From Candidatus Latescibacterota bacterium (GTDB taxonomy: Bacteria > Latescibacterota > UBA2968 > SICM01), in NCBI GenBank assembly GCA_965217865.1, contig CBDCJO010000002.1:3840001-3904000 (forward strand): DNA of 64,000 nucleotides, in the 5' to 3' direction. Position numbers and translations under genes: made by a program. The notes under the pieces are model-generated. The model saw only the letters and a program-made list of their open reading frames with translations, did not search any database and had not been told where the DNA came from. This document shows, in pieces, positions 39,565 to 48,954 of the stretch; position 1 is the first letter of the stretch, and each line of letters starts with the position of its first letter.

Positions 39565-40410
39565 GTGAAAATTAAATTCGGGGATTCAAAAAACGTCAAC
39601 AACGATCTGTCGGTTAGAGGTTATCTGCGCGATATTCGGAAGCATAAGCCCCTGAGCCGGAAAGAGGAAGGTTTGTTGCTCAGGCGGGTGAAGGCAGGTG
39701 ACCGGAGGGCTACAGAGAAGTTGATCTCCGCCAATCTCCTATTTGTTGTCAGCGTTGCGAACCAGTATGTGAACAGGGGACTACCCCTTTCCGACCTGAT
39801 TGCCGAAGGCAACATGGGCTTGCTCAACGCGGTTGGGAAATTTGACGAAACACGTAACCACAAATTCATCAGTTACGCGGTCTGGTGGATCAGACAGGGC
39901 ATCCTCAAATCCCTGGCCGAGCAGACCAATATCGTTCGCTTCCCGATCAACCAGATTGAGGATATTGAGGGGATCAATCGGGCGTCAGAAGCGCTCTCCC
40001 AGGAACTGGGAAGGTCTCCAACCTTTTCCGAAGTAGCCGAGAGCGTCAGCATGAGCCGAAAACGTGCTGAGCGAGCGTTCGTGGCTTCCCAATCCGATGT
40101 CTCCCTGGACGGTACGATCGACCCCGACGAAGAGGTCTCGCTCTATAACCTGATTCCCACAGGCGGTCCTTCCGCCGATGAGGAGGTCACCGCCAAGAGC
40201 CTCAAGGATGCCGTTTTCGACTCTATGACCTCCTTGACCTCCAGGGAAGCAAAGATTGTAAAACTCTACTTTGGGTTGGAAGGGGATCCCGTGACCCTCG
40301 AAAAGATCGGGTCGGAGATGGGGATGACCCGGGAGCGTGCCCGTCAGATTCGAAACGAAGCCATCGGAAAGCTGCGCCGGAGCCTCCGGATAAAAGGCCT
40401 GGCCGCTTAA
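39565..40410 (+). CDS. RpoD/SigA-family sigma factor paralog (no region 1.1)
   Basis: 'YLRDI', 'DLIAEGNMGL', 'KFISYAVWWIRQ', 'TLEKIG..MGMTRERARQI'. Confidence 0.93.
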   Translation: MKIKFGDSKNVNNDLSVRGYLRDIRKHKPLSRKEEGLLLRRVKAGDRRATEKLISANLLFVVSVANQYVNRGLPLSDLIAEGNMGLLNAVGKFDETRNHKFISYAVWWIRQGILKSLAEQTNIVRFPINQIEDIEGINRASEALSQELGRSPTFSEVAESVSMSRKRAERAFVASQSDVSLDGTIDPDEEVSLYNLIPTGGPSADEEVTAKSLKDAVFDSMTSLTSREAKIVKLYFGLEGDPVTLEKIGSEMGMTRERARQIRNEAIGKLRRSLRIKGLAA

Positions 40411-40507
40411 GCCCGCCACCCCCATAATTTCGATGGCCTTTTTTCGTTTAATATTTATATTTGTGGACGCAACCGCATAGTCGCGAAAAGCCGGCAGGGG
40501 GATTTGG

Positions 40508-41083
40508 GTGGAGAGATTGACTAGGGAGCAGGTGGTTTTCAAAGTTAAAAGCCACGAGAGCCTGGATGAATCCGACCTGACGAGGGTTGATCTGACGGGC
40601 GCCGACTTGGGGGGGGGGAACTTCGCTCGGACTCGGTTCGTTGAGGCCGTCCTGAAGGACGCCAACTTTTCGAAGGCGCATCTGCAAACGGCGGACCTTT
40701 CCCGGGCAGACCTTCGGAACGTAAATTTTCGGGAGGCTTATCTCGTCGGTGCAAACCTGGATCGAGCAAATCTCGAAGGAGCCGATCTGAGAGGGGCTTT
40801 TCTTTCCGGAGCCTATCTTGGAGGGGCCAGCTTTAAACGCGCAGATCTCCGCAACGCGCACCTTGGGGTCGTAAAGTTCGGGTTTCCCAATCCCCTTGAA
40901 CATGCCTGCTCCTTTGCCGAGGCCAACCTAGAGGGGGCCCTGTTTGGAGCGACGGACCTAAGGGGCGTGGACCTCCGTGGTGCGAACCTCAGAGGCGCTT
41001 TCCTATACGAAGCGATGCTCCGCGGGGCCATCTGTGACCCAGACACCTTCAAGACCGCCACAACCCGGGCGGAGGCCTATTAA
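40508..41083 (+). CDS. Pentapeptide repeat protein
   Basis: Tandem A(D/N)Lxx repeats. Confidence 0.92.
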   Translation: MERLTREQVVFKVKSHESLDESDLTRVDLTGADLGGGNFARTRFVEAVLKDANFSKAHLQTADLSRADLRNVNFREAYLVGANLDRANLEGADLRGAFLSGAYLGGASFKRADLRNAHLGVVKFGFPNPLEHACSFAEANLEGALFGATDLRGVDLRGANLRGAFLYEAMLRGAICDPDTFKTATTRAEAY

Positions 41084-41107
41084 CGGCTGAATCCCGTTTG
41101 CAGTCTT

Positions 41108-42154
41108 ATGGATCTTTTCACGATAGACTCGATTCCAGGAGATGACTCCTGGCAGGACGGTGGGTCCCCCAAGCTGATCGATAGTTTCGGTCGGACCATC
41201 AACAACCTCCGGATTTCGGTGACGGACCGCTGCAATATGCGCTGTGTCTACTGCATGCCGGCGGAAGGGATGGTCTTCTTCGATCGTGCGGAAATTCTGA
41301 GCTATGAGGAGATCGTTCGATTCGTTCGAATCGGAGCCCGACTGGGAATCACAGACCTCCGTATTACCGGGGGAGAGCCGCTCGTCCGTAAGGACCTCCA
41401 CCTTTTGATCGGAGAACTTTCACAGGTCCCTGGGATCCAGGACATCGGCCTGACGACCAACGGCATTCTTCTGGAGGATCAGGCACAAACCCTATATGAC
41501 GCGGGGTTGCGCCGAATCAACGTCAGTCTGGATTCACTTGATCCAGAACAGTTTTCTAAGATCACCCGGAGGGATGTTTTTCACAGGGTCGTTGCCGGTA
41601 TTGAGGCCGCCGAACGGGTGGGTATGAGTCCGATCAAGCTTAATACGATCGCCGTACGGGGGTTCACGGAGGGAGAGGTGCTCGGTTTCGCGGAATTGGC
41701 GAGAAAAAAATCCTATGAAGTGCGTTTTATCGAATATATGCCGCTTGGAGCGGATGATGTCTGGGAGAAACAGAAGGTTCTGGGCCAGAAGGAAATCCTG
41801 GATTGTATCCACGCCGTGTGGCCCCTGGAACCCATAGAAGATGCCGATGGCCGGGCGCCTGCGGATACATTTCGTTTCCTCGATGGCACGGGGAAAATCG
41901 GAATTATCGCTTCTGTGACCCACCCCTTTTGTGAAGCTTGTGACAGGATTAGAATAACATCGGACGGGAAGCTCCGGACGTGTCTTTTCTCGATTACTGA
42001 AACCGATATCAAGTCCCTTCTGAGAGGCGGGGCGTCAGACCAGGAGATCAGCAGCGTTCTGATCGAGGCGGTCTGGAGGAAAGAACCCGGTCACCGAATC
42101 AATCAACCGGATTTCGTCAAACCAAGCCGTACCATGTCCGCCATCGGAGGATAG
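41108..42154 (+). CDS. moaA: GTP 3',8-cyclase (molybdenum cofactor biosynthesis)
   Basis: 'RISVTDRCNMRCVYCMP', 'FCEACDRIR...C', C-terminal 'MSAIGG'. Confidence 0.97.
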   Translation: MDLFTIDSIPGDDSWQDGGSPKLIDSFGRTINNLRISVTDRCNMRCVYCMPAEGMVFFDRAEILSYEEIVRFVRIGARLGITDLRITGGEPLVRKDLHLLIGELSQVPGIQDIGLTTNGILLEDQAQTLYDAGLRRINVSLDSLDPEQFSKITRRDVFHRVVAGIEAAERVGMSPIKLNTIAVRGFTEGEVLGFAELARKKSYEVRFIEYMPLGADDVWEKQKVLGQKEILDCIHAVWPLEPIEDADGRAPADTFRFLDGTGKIGIIASVTHPFCEACDRIRITSDGKLRTCLFSITETDIKSLLRGGASDQEISSVLIEAVWRKEPGHRINQPDFVKPSRTMSAIGG

Positions 42155-42179
42155 TACGGCCCACGGCAACATTTTTTCG

Positions 42180-42208
42180 TTGACAACTTTTCAAGGGTTC
42201 CTTAAATT
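42180..42208 (+). promoter_or_regulatory. Putative sigma70 promoter for the ferredoxin gene
   Basis: TTGACA-17 nt-TAAATT. Confidence 0.55.
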
Positions 42209-42385
42209 GTCCCAACTGTTCTAGGTGTAGTGCGTTGTAAAATAGCAAGCTATGTACCTATTCATCGATTGCAACAAGATTTTGTGAGACGGAGGTGATG
42301 GCGCGGAGTCCGTTTAAAAAGTTTTATTATCCTCTTCCCTTGAACAATAATTTTTGATAACGGTCCCTTTGAAAGGAGATGGCGT

Positions 42386-42649
42386 ATGGCATACATCATC
42401 GCTCAGCCGTGCATCGACGTGATGGACAGGGCTTGTGTCGAGGTCTGTCCGGTGGATTGCATCTACGAACCCGATGCCACGACTCTCGCTACCGAGGATC
42501 GTCGGCCGATGCTCTACATCCATCCGGAAGAGTGCATCGACTGCGGTGCTTGCGAACCGGAATGCCCGGTTGAAGCCATTTTCGCCGAAGAGGATACGCC
42601 TGAGGAGTGGAAGGAGTATATCGAGATCAATGCAAAAGCCTTTGAGTGA
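42386..42649 (+). CDS. 7Fe-type (3Fe-4S/4Fe-4S) ferredoxin, FdxA-like
   Basis: '[18 protein letters not shown]...[12 protein letters not shown]'; AAGGAG RBS. Confidence 0.93.
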   Translation: MAYIIAQPCIDVMDRACVEVCPVDCIYEPDATTLATEDRRPMLYIHPEECIDCGACEPECPVEAIFAEEDTPEEWKEYIEINAKAFE

Positions 42650-42688
42650 TTGAGCAAGACGCCGGCCATGCAGCCGGAACGATTCCAT

Positions 42689-42718
42689 GCCGGGGCCCGA
42701 AAGGCCCCGGCTTTTTTT
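42689..42718 (+). terminator. Rho-independent terminator
   Basis: GCCGGGGCC-cgaaa-GGCCCCGGC-T7. Confidence 0.9.
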
Positions 42719-42771
42719 ATCCCTTTCAATGTCTCTCGAACCGAATGAACCAAACCACCTGAATCGAAGGA

Positions 42772-43275
42772 TCATTTCGGCGGGTCCTCTTGTGAGACCT
42801 CAGGAGCACTCGCGGTTGCGACCGCATCCAGGAGCTGATTATTTCGGATGAGGGATCCGGGAACTCGCCAGAGTGCGATCCCGTTGCAGATCAATGTGAG
42901 GATGGCGAGGATCCGGTGTACCGCGGGTGAGAGGGCCTGGACGTGTACACCCCCACCCAGCATGGCCGTGGTCATCGTCAGAAAAATGGCCAGAAGTGCC
43001 CACGGGAAAAGAGCTCTCTTGAAACGCTTGGCGTCGTCCACGTAGATCCGATCGAGTCCCCTCTCCCGGGTTTCCCGTTCGATCGCCGATCCGGTTCCTA
43101 CGAAGTAGAAGACCGTAATAGTGTGGGATAACATCACGATCATCGTGGCCACGAGGGAGACATTGATATGAGTCCCAAGGGGGATCGTTCCGGATGAGGT
43201 CATATATCCCAGGACAGTGCTGGCCACCAATGATGGAAAAGAGATCACCGCCAGGGCAAGGATTACGGCCTGCAT
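42772..43275 (-). CDS. Hypothetical 4-TM membrane protein
   Basis: Four hydrophobic segments; AGGAG RBS upstream. Confidence 0.75.
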   Translation of the reverse strand: MQAVILALAVISFPSLVASTVLGYMTSSGTIPLGTHINVSLVATMIVMLSHTITVFYFVGTGSAIERETRERGLDRIYVDDAKRFKRALFPWALLAIFLTMTTAMLGGGVHVQALSPAVHRILAILTLICNGIALWRVPGSLIRNNQLLDAVATASAPEVSQEDPPK

Positions 43276-43502
43276 TTATTCATCTCCTGATTAACGTATG
43301 GACGCACAGGACAGGACGTAGCGTCGAACCCTCTCAAACAGAGATCATTAATATAAGTTCTCCCGGAGACGAGTGCAATATTCCGGGGTGACATCCATTG
43401 CCCGGATGACGTGAGATTTTCCGCTTGACACCCGGTTTTTTCCATGCCTGATTCAAAGGTTATGATCAAAATATCATATCTCTTCTTTAACCCATATCCC
43501 CG

Positions 43503-44561
43503 ATGACCTCCATCGAAGATAAATCTCGCCTCCGAATGTTCCTGGATAAAAACGTCCCCTTGATCGATAAGGAGATGTTCTCCTTCCTTCCTCAGTCCGA
43601 ACCCCTTCATCTTCTGTATGGCCCTATGCGAGACTATCCCCTTCGGGGAGGGAAGCGGTTCCGGTCTGCCTTGGTCCTTCTCTCGTGTGAGGCCCTTGGG
43701 GGGGATACGAAGAATGCTGTTCGAACAGCGGCCGCATTCGAGATGTTCCAGTCCTTCGCCCTCGTGCACGACGATATCGAAGATGGATCGGAGATACGTC
43801 GAGGCAAGCCCTGTCTTCACCAGATCCATGGGGTTCCGATCAGTATCAATGTCGGGGATGCGCTGTATGCAAAGGTTTTCGAAGTCCTTTTGGAGAACCA
43901 GGAAATCCTGGGGACCGAGAAGACGCTCAGGCTGTTCGCGGAGATGATTTCGGGTGCGCGGGAGACGTTTGAGGGACAGGCCTACGACATCGGATGGGCA
44001 AAGGAGGGGACGATCCCATCCGTGGCGATATTTATGAGGATGCTTCGAAAGAAAACCGGGTGGTATAGCGGTAGAGGTCCGTGCACTTCCGGTGCGATTA
44101 TTGCGGGGGCGGAACCTGAGATGAATCGAGCGGTGGGGGACTTTGGAGAAGCGATTGCGGTGGCCTTCCAGCTCCGGGATGATCTCTTAAACGTCCAGGT
44201 GGGTGACGTAGATGCTCTGTCCGCCCCGGGGGCCACGTCCGGAGGCTACGGGAAGGAGTGGGCGGGGGATATCGCCGAGGGAAAAAGGACGCTGATGGTC
44301 ATCGACCTGTTGAACAACTGCACCCGGGAAGAACGAGATAAAACCCTTACGATCCTGGATCGGGATCGAAAAAAGAATACGCAAGGGGAAATCGAGTGGG
44401 TTGTATCGTCTATGGTCCGTTATGGCTCTATTCAGCGCGCACAGGAGGTCTGTGACCAGATAGCCCGTGAGGGGCTGGGTCATTTGGAATGTCTGCCCGA
44501 GAGTGAAGCGAAGGAGACGCTCCGGGAGATGGCGGCTTTCCTGGTCGAACGCGTATTTTAA
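43503..44561 (+). CDS. Polyprenyl synthetase (short-chain, GGPP synthase-like)
   Basis: 'GGKRFR', FARM 'DDIED...RRG', 'GQAYDI', 'KT', SARM 'FQLRDDLLN', 'DIAEGK'. Confidence 0.92.
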   Translation: MTSIEDKSRLRMFLDKNVPLIDKEMFSFLPQSEPLHLLYGPMRDYPLRGGKRFRSALVLLSCEALGGDTKNAVRTAAAFEMFQSFALVHDDIEDGSEIRRGKPCLHQIHGVPISINVGDALYAKVFEVLLENQEILGTEKTLRLFAEMISGARETFEGQAYDIGWAKEGTIPSVAIFMRMLRKKTGWYSGRGPCTSGAIIAGAEPEMNRAVGDFGEAIAVAFQLRDDLLNVQVGDVDALSAPGATSGGYGKEWAGDIAEGKRTLMVIDLLNNCTREERDKTLTILDRDRKKNTQGEIEWVVSSMVRYGSIQRAQEVCDQIAREGLGHLECLPESEAKETLREMAAFLVERVF

Positions 44562-44578
44562 AAGGGGTTGGATAAATC

Positions 44579-45607
44579 GTGTCGGAGGTTGAATTGAAGA
44601 AAATGGGCCTGGGGGTGATCGGATGCGGGGTTATGGGATCGGGCCTTGCGGCCGCTGCGGATACGCTCGACAACGCGAGGGTCGTTTGGGTGAGCGACGT
44701 GGAGGTCTCGAAGGCGAGGAATCTGGCGGACAAGCTTCAGGTGGATCACGATCCGGACTACCGCCGATTGCTCAAGCGAGATGACGCGGATGCGGTTTTG
44801 ATCGCATCCCCCCCCTTCCTTCACGAGGAGATGGCCATCGCCGCTGCCGGGGCGGGCTGCCACGTCTTTACTGAGAAACCGATGTCGACCACCCTGGAAG
44901 GATGCGATGCCATGATCGGAGCGGCGCAAAAAAACGGCATCGGACTCGGTGTCGGGCTTGTCCTCCGTTTTAACCCCGCCCACTCCAAAATTCGAGAGAT
45001 CGCCCGGAGCGGAGAGATCGGAGAACCGGTCTGCATGATGGTTCACCGGATCGGTGGGGGATGGGGCGGGGTTTGGCAAGCGCCGTGGCGGATGAAGCAG
45101 GTCCAGTCCGGGGGAACGCTGATGGAGATCAATGCACACGAGATAGACTTTCTGCGATTTGTTCTGGGCGACGTTCGGCGGGTCTTCGCAGTGGGCGGTA
45201 ATTTCCGCGAAAAGGAGGCGGACTTTCCAGACGTAGCCGTGGTTTCCCTGACATTTTTATCGGGTGCGGTAGGGTCTCTCCATTCCAGCCAGGTGAGCGC
45301 CGCGGGGGGCTATGGAGGGCGCCTCGACGGCACGGAGGGGAGCGTGGTTTTTCCAGCTTTTGGGGGAAAAGATGCGGCCCTGAAGGTCAAACGTTTCAAC
45401 GGAGACGAACGAACGATATTGATCGCCGATATTCAGATGCCCAATCCAGTAACGGCAGAGATCAGGGCGTTCGTGGATGCGATTCAAAAAGGAGAGGACC
45501 CGCCGGTGGGGGGTGCGGACGGGCGGGCGGCCACGGAGGTTGCGATTGCGGCCTATCGATCGATTGAAAGCGGAGAAGCTGTGGGAATGCCCTTGGAAAA
45601 AACGTGA
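44579..45607 (+). CDS. Gfo/Idh/MocA-family oxidoreductase
   Basis: 'GVIGCGVMG', 'HVFTEKP', 'HEID'. Confidence 0.92.
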   Translation: MSEVELKKMGLGVIGCGVMGSGLAAAADTLDNARVVWVSDVEVSKARNLADKLQVDHDPDYRRLLKRDDADAVLIASPPFLHEEMAIAAAGAGCHVFTEKPMSTTLEGCDAMIGAAQKNGIGLGVGLVLRFNPAHSKIREIARSGEIGEPVCMMVHRIGGGWGGVWQAPWRMKQVQSGGTLMEINAHEIDFLRFVLGDVRRVFAVGGNFREKEADFPDVAVVSLTFLSGAVGSLHSSQVSAAGGYGGRLDGTEGSVVFPAFGGKDAALKVKRFNGDERTILIADIQMPNPVTAEIRAFVDAIQKGEDPPVGGADGRAATEVAIAAYRSIESGEAVGMPLEKT

Positions 45608-45616
45608 TAACCCTTT

Positions 45617-46198
45617 TTAAGGGGCGGCCTGGATGTTTTTCAGGAGGGTCCCTATATCCCAGGTCCCTTCGGTCTTGATGTCCAGGGTCAACTGTTGATA
45701 CGGATCGGGGTTTCGCACGAGAGTGAAAGCCGCACCCGCATAAATCAATTTTAACACCCCCTCCAGATCAGGTTGGACGGATGATAGTGTCTCCTCTGAG
45801 TGGGGTGCGAGGAGCCTATCGTTCAGGACGAGTTGGACTTCATCTCCAGAGAATTTTACCCTACCTTCAAGTTCCGGTTCCGCCTCAAGGCGACGGCAGG
45901 CCTCGATTGTCTTCACGAAGACCCCCCGGATTCGTTCGAAAAGATTTCCATCCAACGGCTGTTTTCGCTGGTAAAGCAACCCCAGCCGATTGTGATGATT
46001 GTCGATACTGTAATTTGCATCGTGTCCCACCAGAAGCGTGACCGGACCCGCGCTGACGTGGCTGTAGTCCGCGACATCGATCAGGACTTCGTCCGTGACC
46101 GCGGGGATCCATTCGTTGAAGACTTTAAACCAGGTTTCCGCCGGAATCCCGTGACCATCCGCCAGGTAAAATTTCAGGTTGATCTTTTGTAGATCCAC
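45617..46198 (-). CDS. Hypothetical protein downstream of the sulfite/nitrite reductase
   Basis: 193-aa ORF with natural composition ('LIDVADYSHV..GP..LLVGH'), co-oriented with the reductase. Confidence 0.75.
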   Translation of the reverse strand: MDLQKINLKFYLADGHGIPAETWFKVFNEWIPAVTDEVLIDVADYSHVSAGPVTLLVGHDANYSIDNHHNRLGLLYQRKQPLDGNLFERIRGVFVKTIEACRRLEAEPELEGRVKFSGDEVQLVLNDRLLAPHSEETLSSVQPDLEGVLKLIYAGAAFTLVRNPDPYQQLTLDIKTEGTWDIGTLLKNIQAAP

Positions 46199-46328
46199 GT
46201 GGTGAGTTGTCCTGTCAATTTATTACACAAAAAGCACCGGGGACTCGAGACTGGAGGCCTGTAAACCTACCCGATCCAAAGGGAGGCCGTTACAAAACCC
46301 TTCCTTCAATCTCAAATCCCCTGGTTCC

Positions 46329-48569
46329 TCACGCATTTACGACGTTCATCTTCCCGTAACAACTGTGAGCGGCCTCGATAAACAGCCCGGTCTCCTCGAC
46401 AACTTCGTGCGCCCGATCCCGGGTGTAAACCGAAACTTCATCGCTGTGGACCCGGAACAGGTAGTTGGCGAATTTGGCTTTGGCGAAGGGATCCCAGAAC
46501 AGCTTTGTATCGAAGAACCTTTTACGGAATTCCTCCACGATCGTGTCCGGGTCTTCGGGAATGTCCAGGAACTGAGTCTTCACCAGGGCCTTGGCCGCGT
46601 GGAGCATGGCGATGTAAGCCGTTTTGTAGGCCTTTTCATAATCGCCTTCCTCCAGGAAAACCTGAGCTTCAAAGGCCTCACGCTCGCAGCTGGTAAACTC
46701 GAACTGGACGAGAGGAACGACCGCCCCGGCACACTCTCCCTTTCCCATGTCCCCCACGGTGAATTCCCGCGTGTCTCCCCAGTCCGTGTAGAAGGACGGA
46801 TCGTCCTGGTGGGGAGGGACGTGCGTGAGATCGTCCAGGATTTGCTTGACCTGCCTTTTGCCGATGCGCTTGATGTAATCCTGGAAGCTTTCTTCCGCCT
46901 TCTTTCCCTGCACGTAGTTTTCCGTCATTCGGGACACCACATCCGGGATCCGTCTTGATGGAACGGCGCCCATAGCCAGCCCGAAGGACTTGGCGTTCTC
47001 CGTCCACTGCCCGCCAAGAACCACCTGGAAATGGGGTACGGTGTATCCGTTGATCTTTCTGCTGATCCCGTAGAAGCCCAGGTCGGCGATGTGGTGCTGT
47101 CCGCAGGAGTTGAAGCAACCGCTGATCTTGATCCTCAGGTTTTCCACGGTCTTATCGAGTTTGAGGCCTTTTTCCGCAATCCGTGTACGCATTTCTCCCG
47201 CCAGGCCTCGGGAGGAGGCGATGCCGAGCCTGCAGGTATCCGTCCCGGGACACGCGGTTACATCAACGATCGTACCGGCACCCGGTTGGGCCAGGCCGAT
47301 ATTTTTGAGGGAGTCATAGAGCTCCGGCAGGTCGGCCTGGCTTACCCAGCGAAAAACGATGTTCTGCTCAACGGTCAATCGGACGGTGTCTTTGACAAAA
47401 CGTCTGGCGAGGTTCGCGACGGCCCGGAACTGGTTCGCGGTGATATCGCCCAGAGGGAGCGTAATTGTCGCGACAGCATAGGTTTCCTGGCGCTGTGTTT
47501 TGACGTTTGTCCTGTACCATTCGCCGAATCCATCGGGCCTGACCTGGCCGTTTAACGACATCCCAATCTTCAGGGGCTTCTCCCCCTGGGCGCTCAGGCC
47601 GGAGAGGAAGGCGGACCATTTCGGGTCGGGGGGCATCTTCTCCCGTTCCTCGAGGACGAATCGTTTGAACTCCTGAATCCCGAGCTTGGCCACCAGGAAC
47701 TTAATACGGGCTCGAGCGCGGTTCTGTTTTTCTCCCAATCTTGCAAAAACCCTTGATATGGCCTGTGCCGTGGGCAACAGTTCCTCTTCGGGGAGGAATT
47801 CATCGAAGAGCTTGGCCTGGTGTGGGACGGCCCCAAGGCCTCCACCAACGTAAAGCTCGAATCCCCTTCTCTCCTGTCCGTCGACGATGCGTGTGACCGC
47901 GATCGCCCCCATATCGTGCATGCTGGTAAGGCCGCACGCTTCGTGTCTGCAGCCCGAGAAAGCGATCTTGAATTTTCGTCCGAAGTCCTGGACATCGGGA
48001 TGTCCCAGGAGGAATTTGGAACAGGCCATTGCGTAAGGGGTGACATCGAAGGCTTCGTCCCGGCAGACACCCGCTAAGGGGCAAGCCGTGACGTTCCGAA
48101 CGGAATTCCCGCAGGCTTCCCGGGTTGTGATTCCGACCGCGGCCAGCCTTCGCATGAGGGAAGGGGTGTCGTCGATATGGACATAGTGGAGTTGGATATC
48201 CTGTCGAGTTGTGATGTGGGAGATACCGTCGGAGTACTCCTCCGAGAGGTCGGCAAGGACCTCCATCTGCTCTGGGGTCAGGCCGCCGAACGGAATTTTG
48301 ATCCGTTGCATCCCTGGAGCGTCCCACACAGCGTCCGTACCTTTGGTCAGATCCCCACAGGGATAGTCAAGGTTCTGGGTATGAGAACCGTCGAACCGCT
48401 GCCCGTTGTCGTAGCGCTGGCCGTAGACCCCCCGCCGCAGCCGGGTTTCCATGAAGATTGTATCTTCGATCTTTCCCTGCTTCTTCAGCTCGATCTGGGT
48501 CTCGAAGATATCGACCTCCCGTCCCAGATCATCGGGGATACGATCGGCCAGTTTTTCCTTCCAGGTCAC
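46329..48569 (-). CDS. Ferredoxin-dependent siroheme sulfite/nitrite reductase with C-terminal HEPN-like domain
   Basis: 'GVYGQR', 'HITTRQDIQ', 'ACGNSVRN', 'RKFK', siroheme/4Fe-4S cysteines 'CPGTDTC' and 'GCFNSCGQH'. Confidence 0.92.
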   Translation of the reverse strand: MTWKEKLADRIPDDLGREVDIFETQIELKKQGKIEDTIFMETRLRRGVYGQRYDNGQRFDGSHTQNLDYPCGDLTKGTDAVWDAPGMQRIKIPFGGLTPEQMEVLADLSEEYSDGISHITTRQDIQLHYVHIDDTPSLMRRLAAVGITTREACGNSVRNVTACPLAGVCRDEAFDVTPYAMACSKFLLGHPDVQDFGRKFKIAFSGCRHEACGLTSMHDMGAIAVTRIVDGQERRGFELYVGGGLGAVPHQAKLFDEFLPEEELLPTAQAISRVFARLGEKQNRARARIKFLVAKLGIQEFKRFVLEEREKMPPDPKWSAFLSGLSAQGEKPLKIGMSLNGQVRPDGFGEWYRTNVKTQRQETYAVATITLPLGDITANQFRAVANLARRFVKDTVRLTVEQNIVFRWVSQADLPELYDSLKNIGLAQPGAGTIVDVTACPGTDTCRLGIASSRGLAGEMRTRIAEKGLKLDKTVENLRIKISGCFNSCGQHHIADLGFYGISRKINGYTVPHFQVVLGGQWTENAKSFGLAMGAVPSRRIPDVVSRMTENYVQGKKAEESFQDYIKRIGKRQVKQILDDLTHVPPHQDDPSFYTDWGDTREFTVGDMGKGECAGAVVPLVQFEFTSCEREAFEAQVFLEEGDYEKAYKTAYIAMLHAAKALVKTQFLDIPEDPDTIVEEFRKRFFDTKLFWDPFAKAKFANYLFRVHSDEVSVYTRDRAHEVVEETGLFIEAAHSCYGKMNVVNA

Positions 48570-48655
48570 GGTTTTCCTCTTTTCGAATCCGGATGGTGAA
48601 ATGGGAAATCGTCCGAGTGGCGAAGAGGGTCTCTGATCCTTCCAAGAACAAGAAA

Positions 48656-48683
48656 AAACTAACTAATTGGCGGGCTTTGTCAA
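48656..48683 (-). promoter_or_regulatory. Putative sigma70 promoter for the reductase
   Basis: Minus strand TTGACA-16 nt-TAGTTT. Confidence 0.45.
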
Positions 48684-48807
48684 GTCTTTCCTGAAGCCCC
48701 GAAGCCCACGGAACTCGGACGTGCACAGATCTTTTTCGGCAGGATCCTTCCCGGTTTTGACGGAGGTTCCAGGAGGATTTGAGACCCGCAACGAAAGGTA
48801 TTTCCCC

Positions 48808-48836
48808 TTGACAAAGGGGGATAAAACCTCTATCAT
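48808..48836 (+). promoter_or_regulatory. Sigma70 promoter upstream of kduD
   Basis: TTGACA-17 nt-TATCAT; the -35 sits inside the inverted repeat CCCCTT-gaca-AAGGGG. Confidence 0.65.
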
Positions 48837-48874
48837 GTGGTTGATTTAAATGGCATTTTCGAAGGGATTACGGT

Positions 48875-48941
48875 GGTCCCCGGATGTTCTGTGGCTGTTC
48901 TGACCCCCGACAGCAGTCGCAGAAAGCCGGGGACCTTTTTT
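48875..48941 (+). terminator. Long terminator-like hairpin in the kduD leader
   Basis: GGTCCCCGG...TTCTGTGGCTG...CAGTCGCAGAA...CCGGGGACC-T6. Confidence 0.6.
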
Positions 48942-48954
48942 ACGGGTGTATTTT

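Noticed and set aside
42290-42340. GGTGATGG upstream of the ferredoxin gene as a possible fluoride riboswitch
   Set aside because: It lacks the complementary stem and the downstream CTGATG/CCT elements, and the gene context does not fit.
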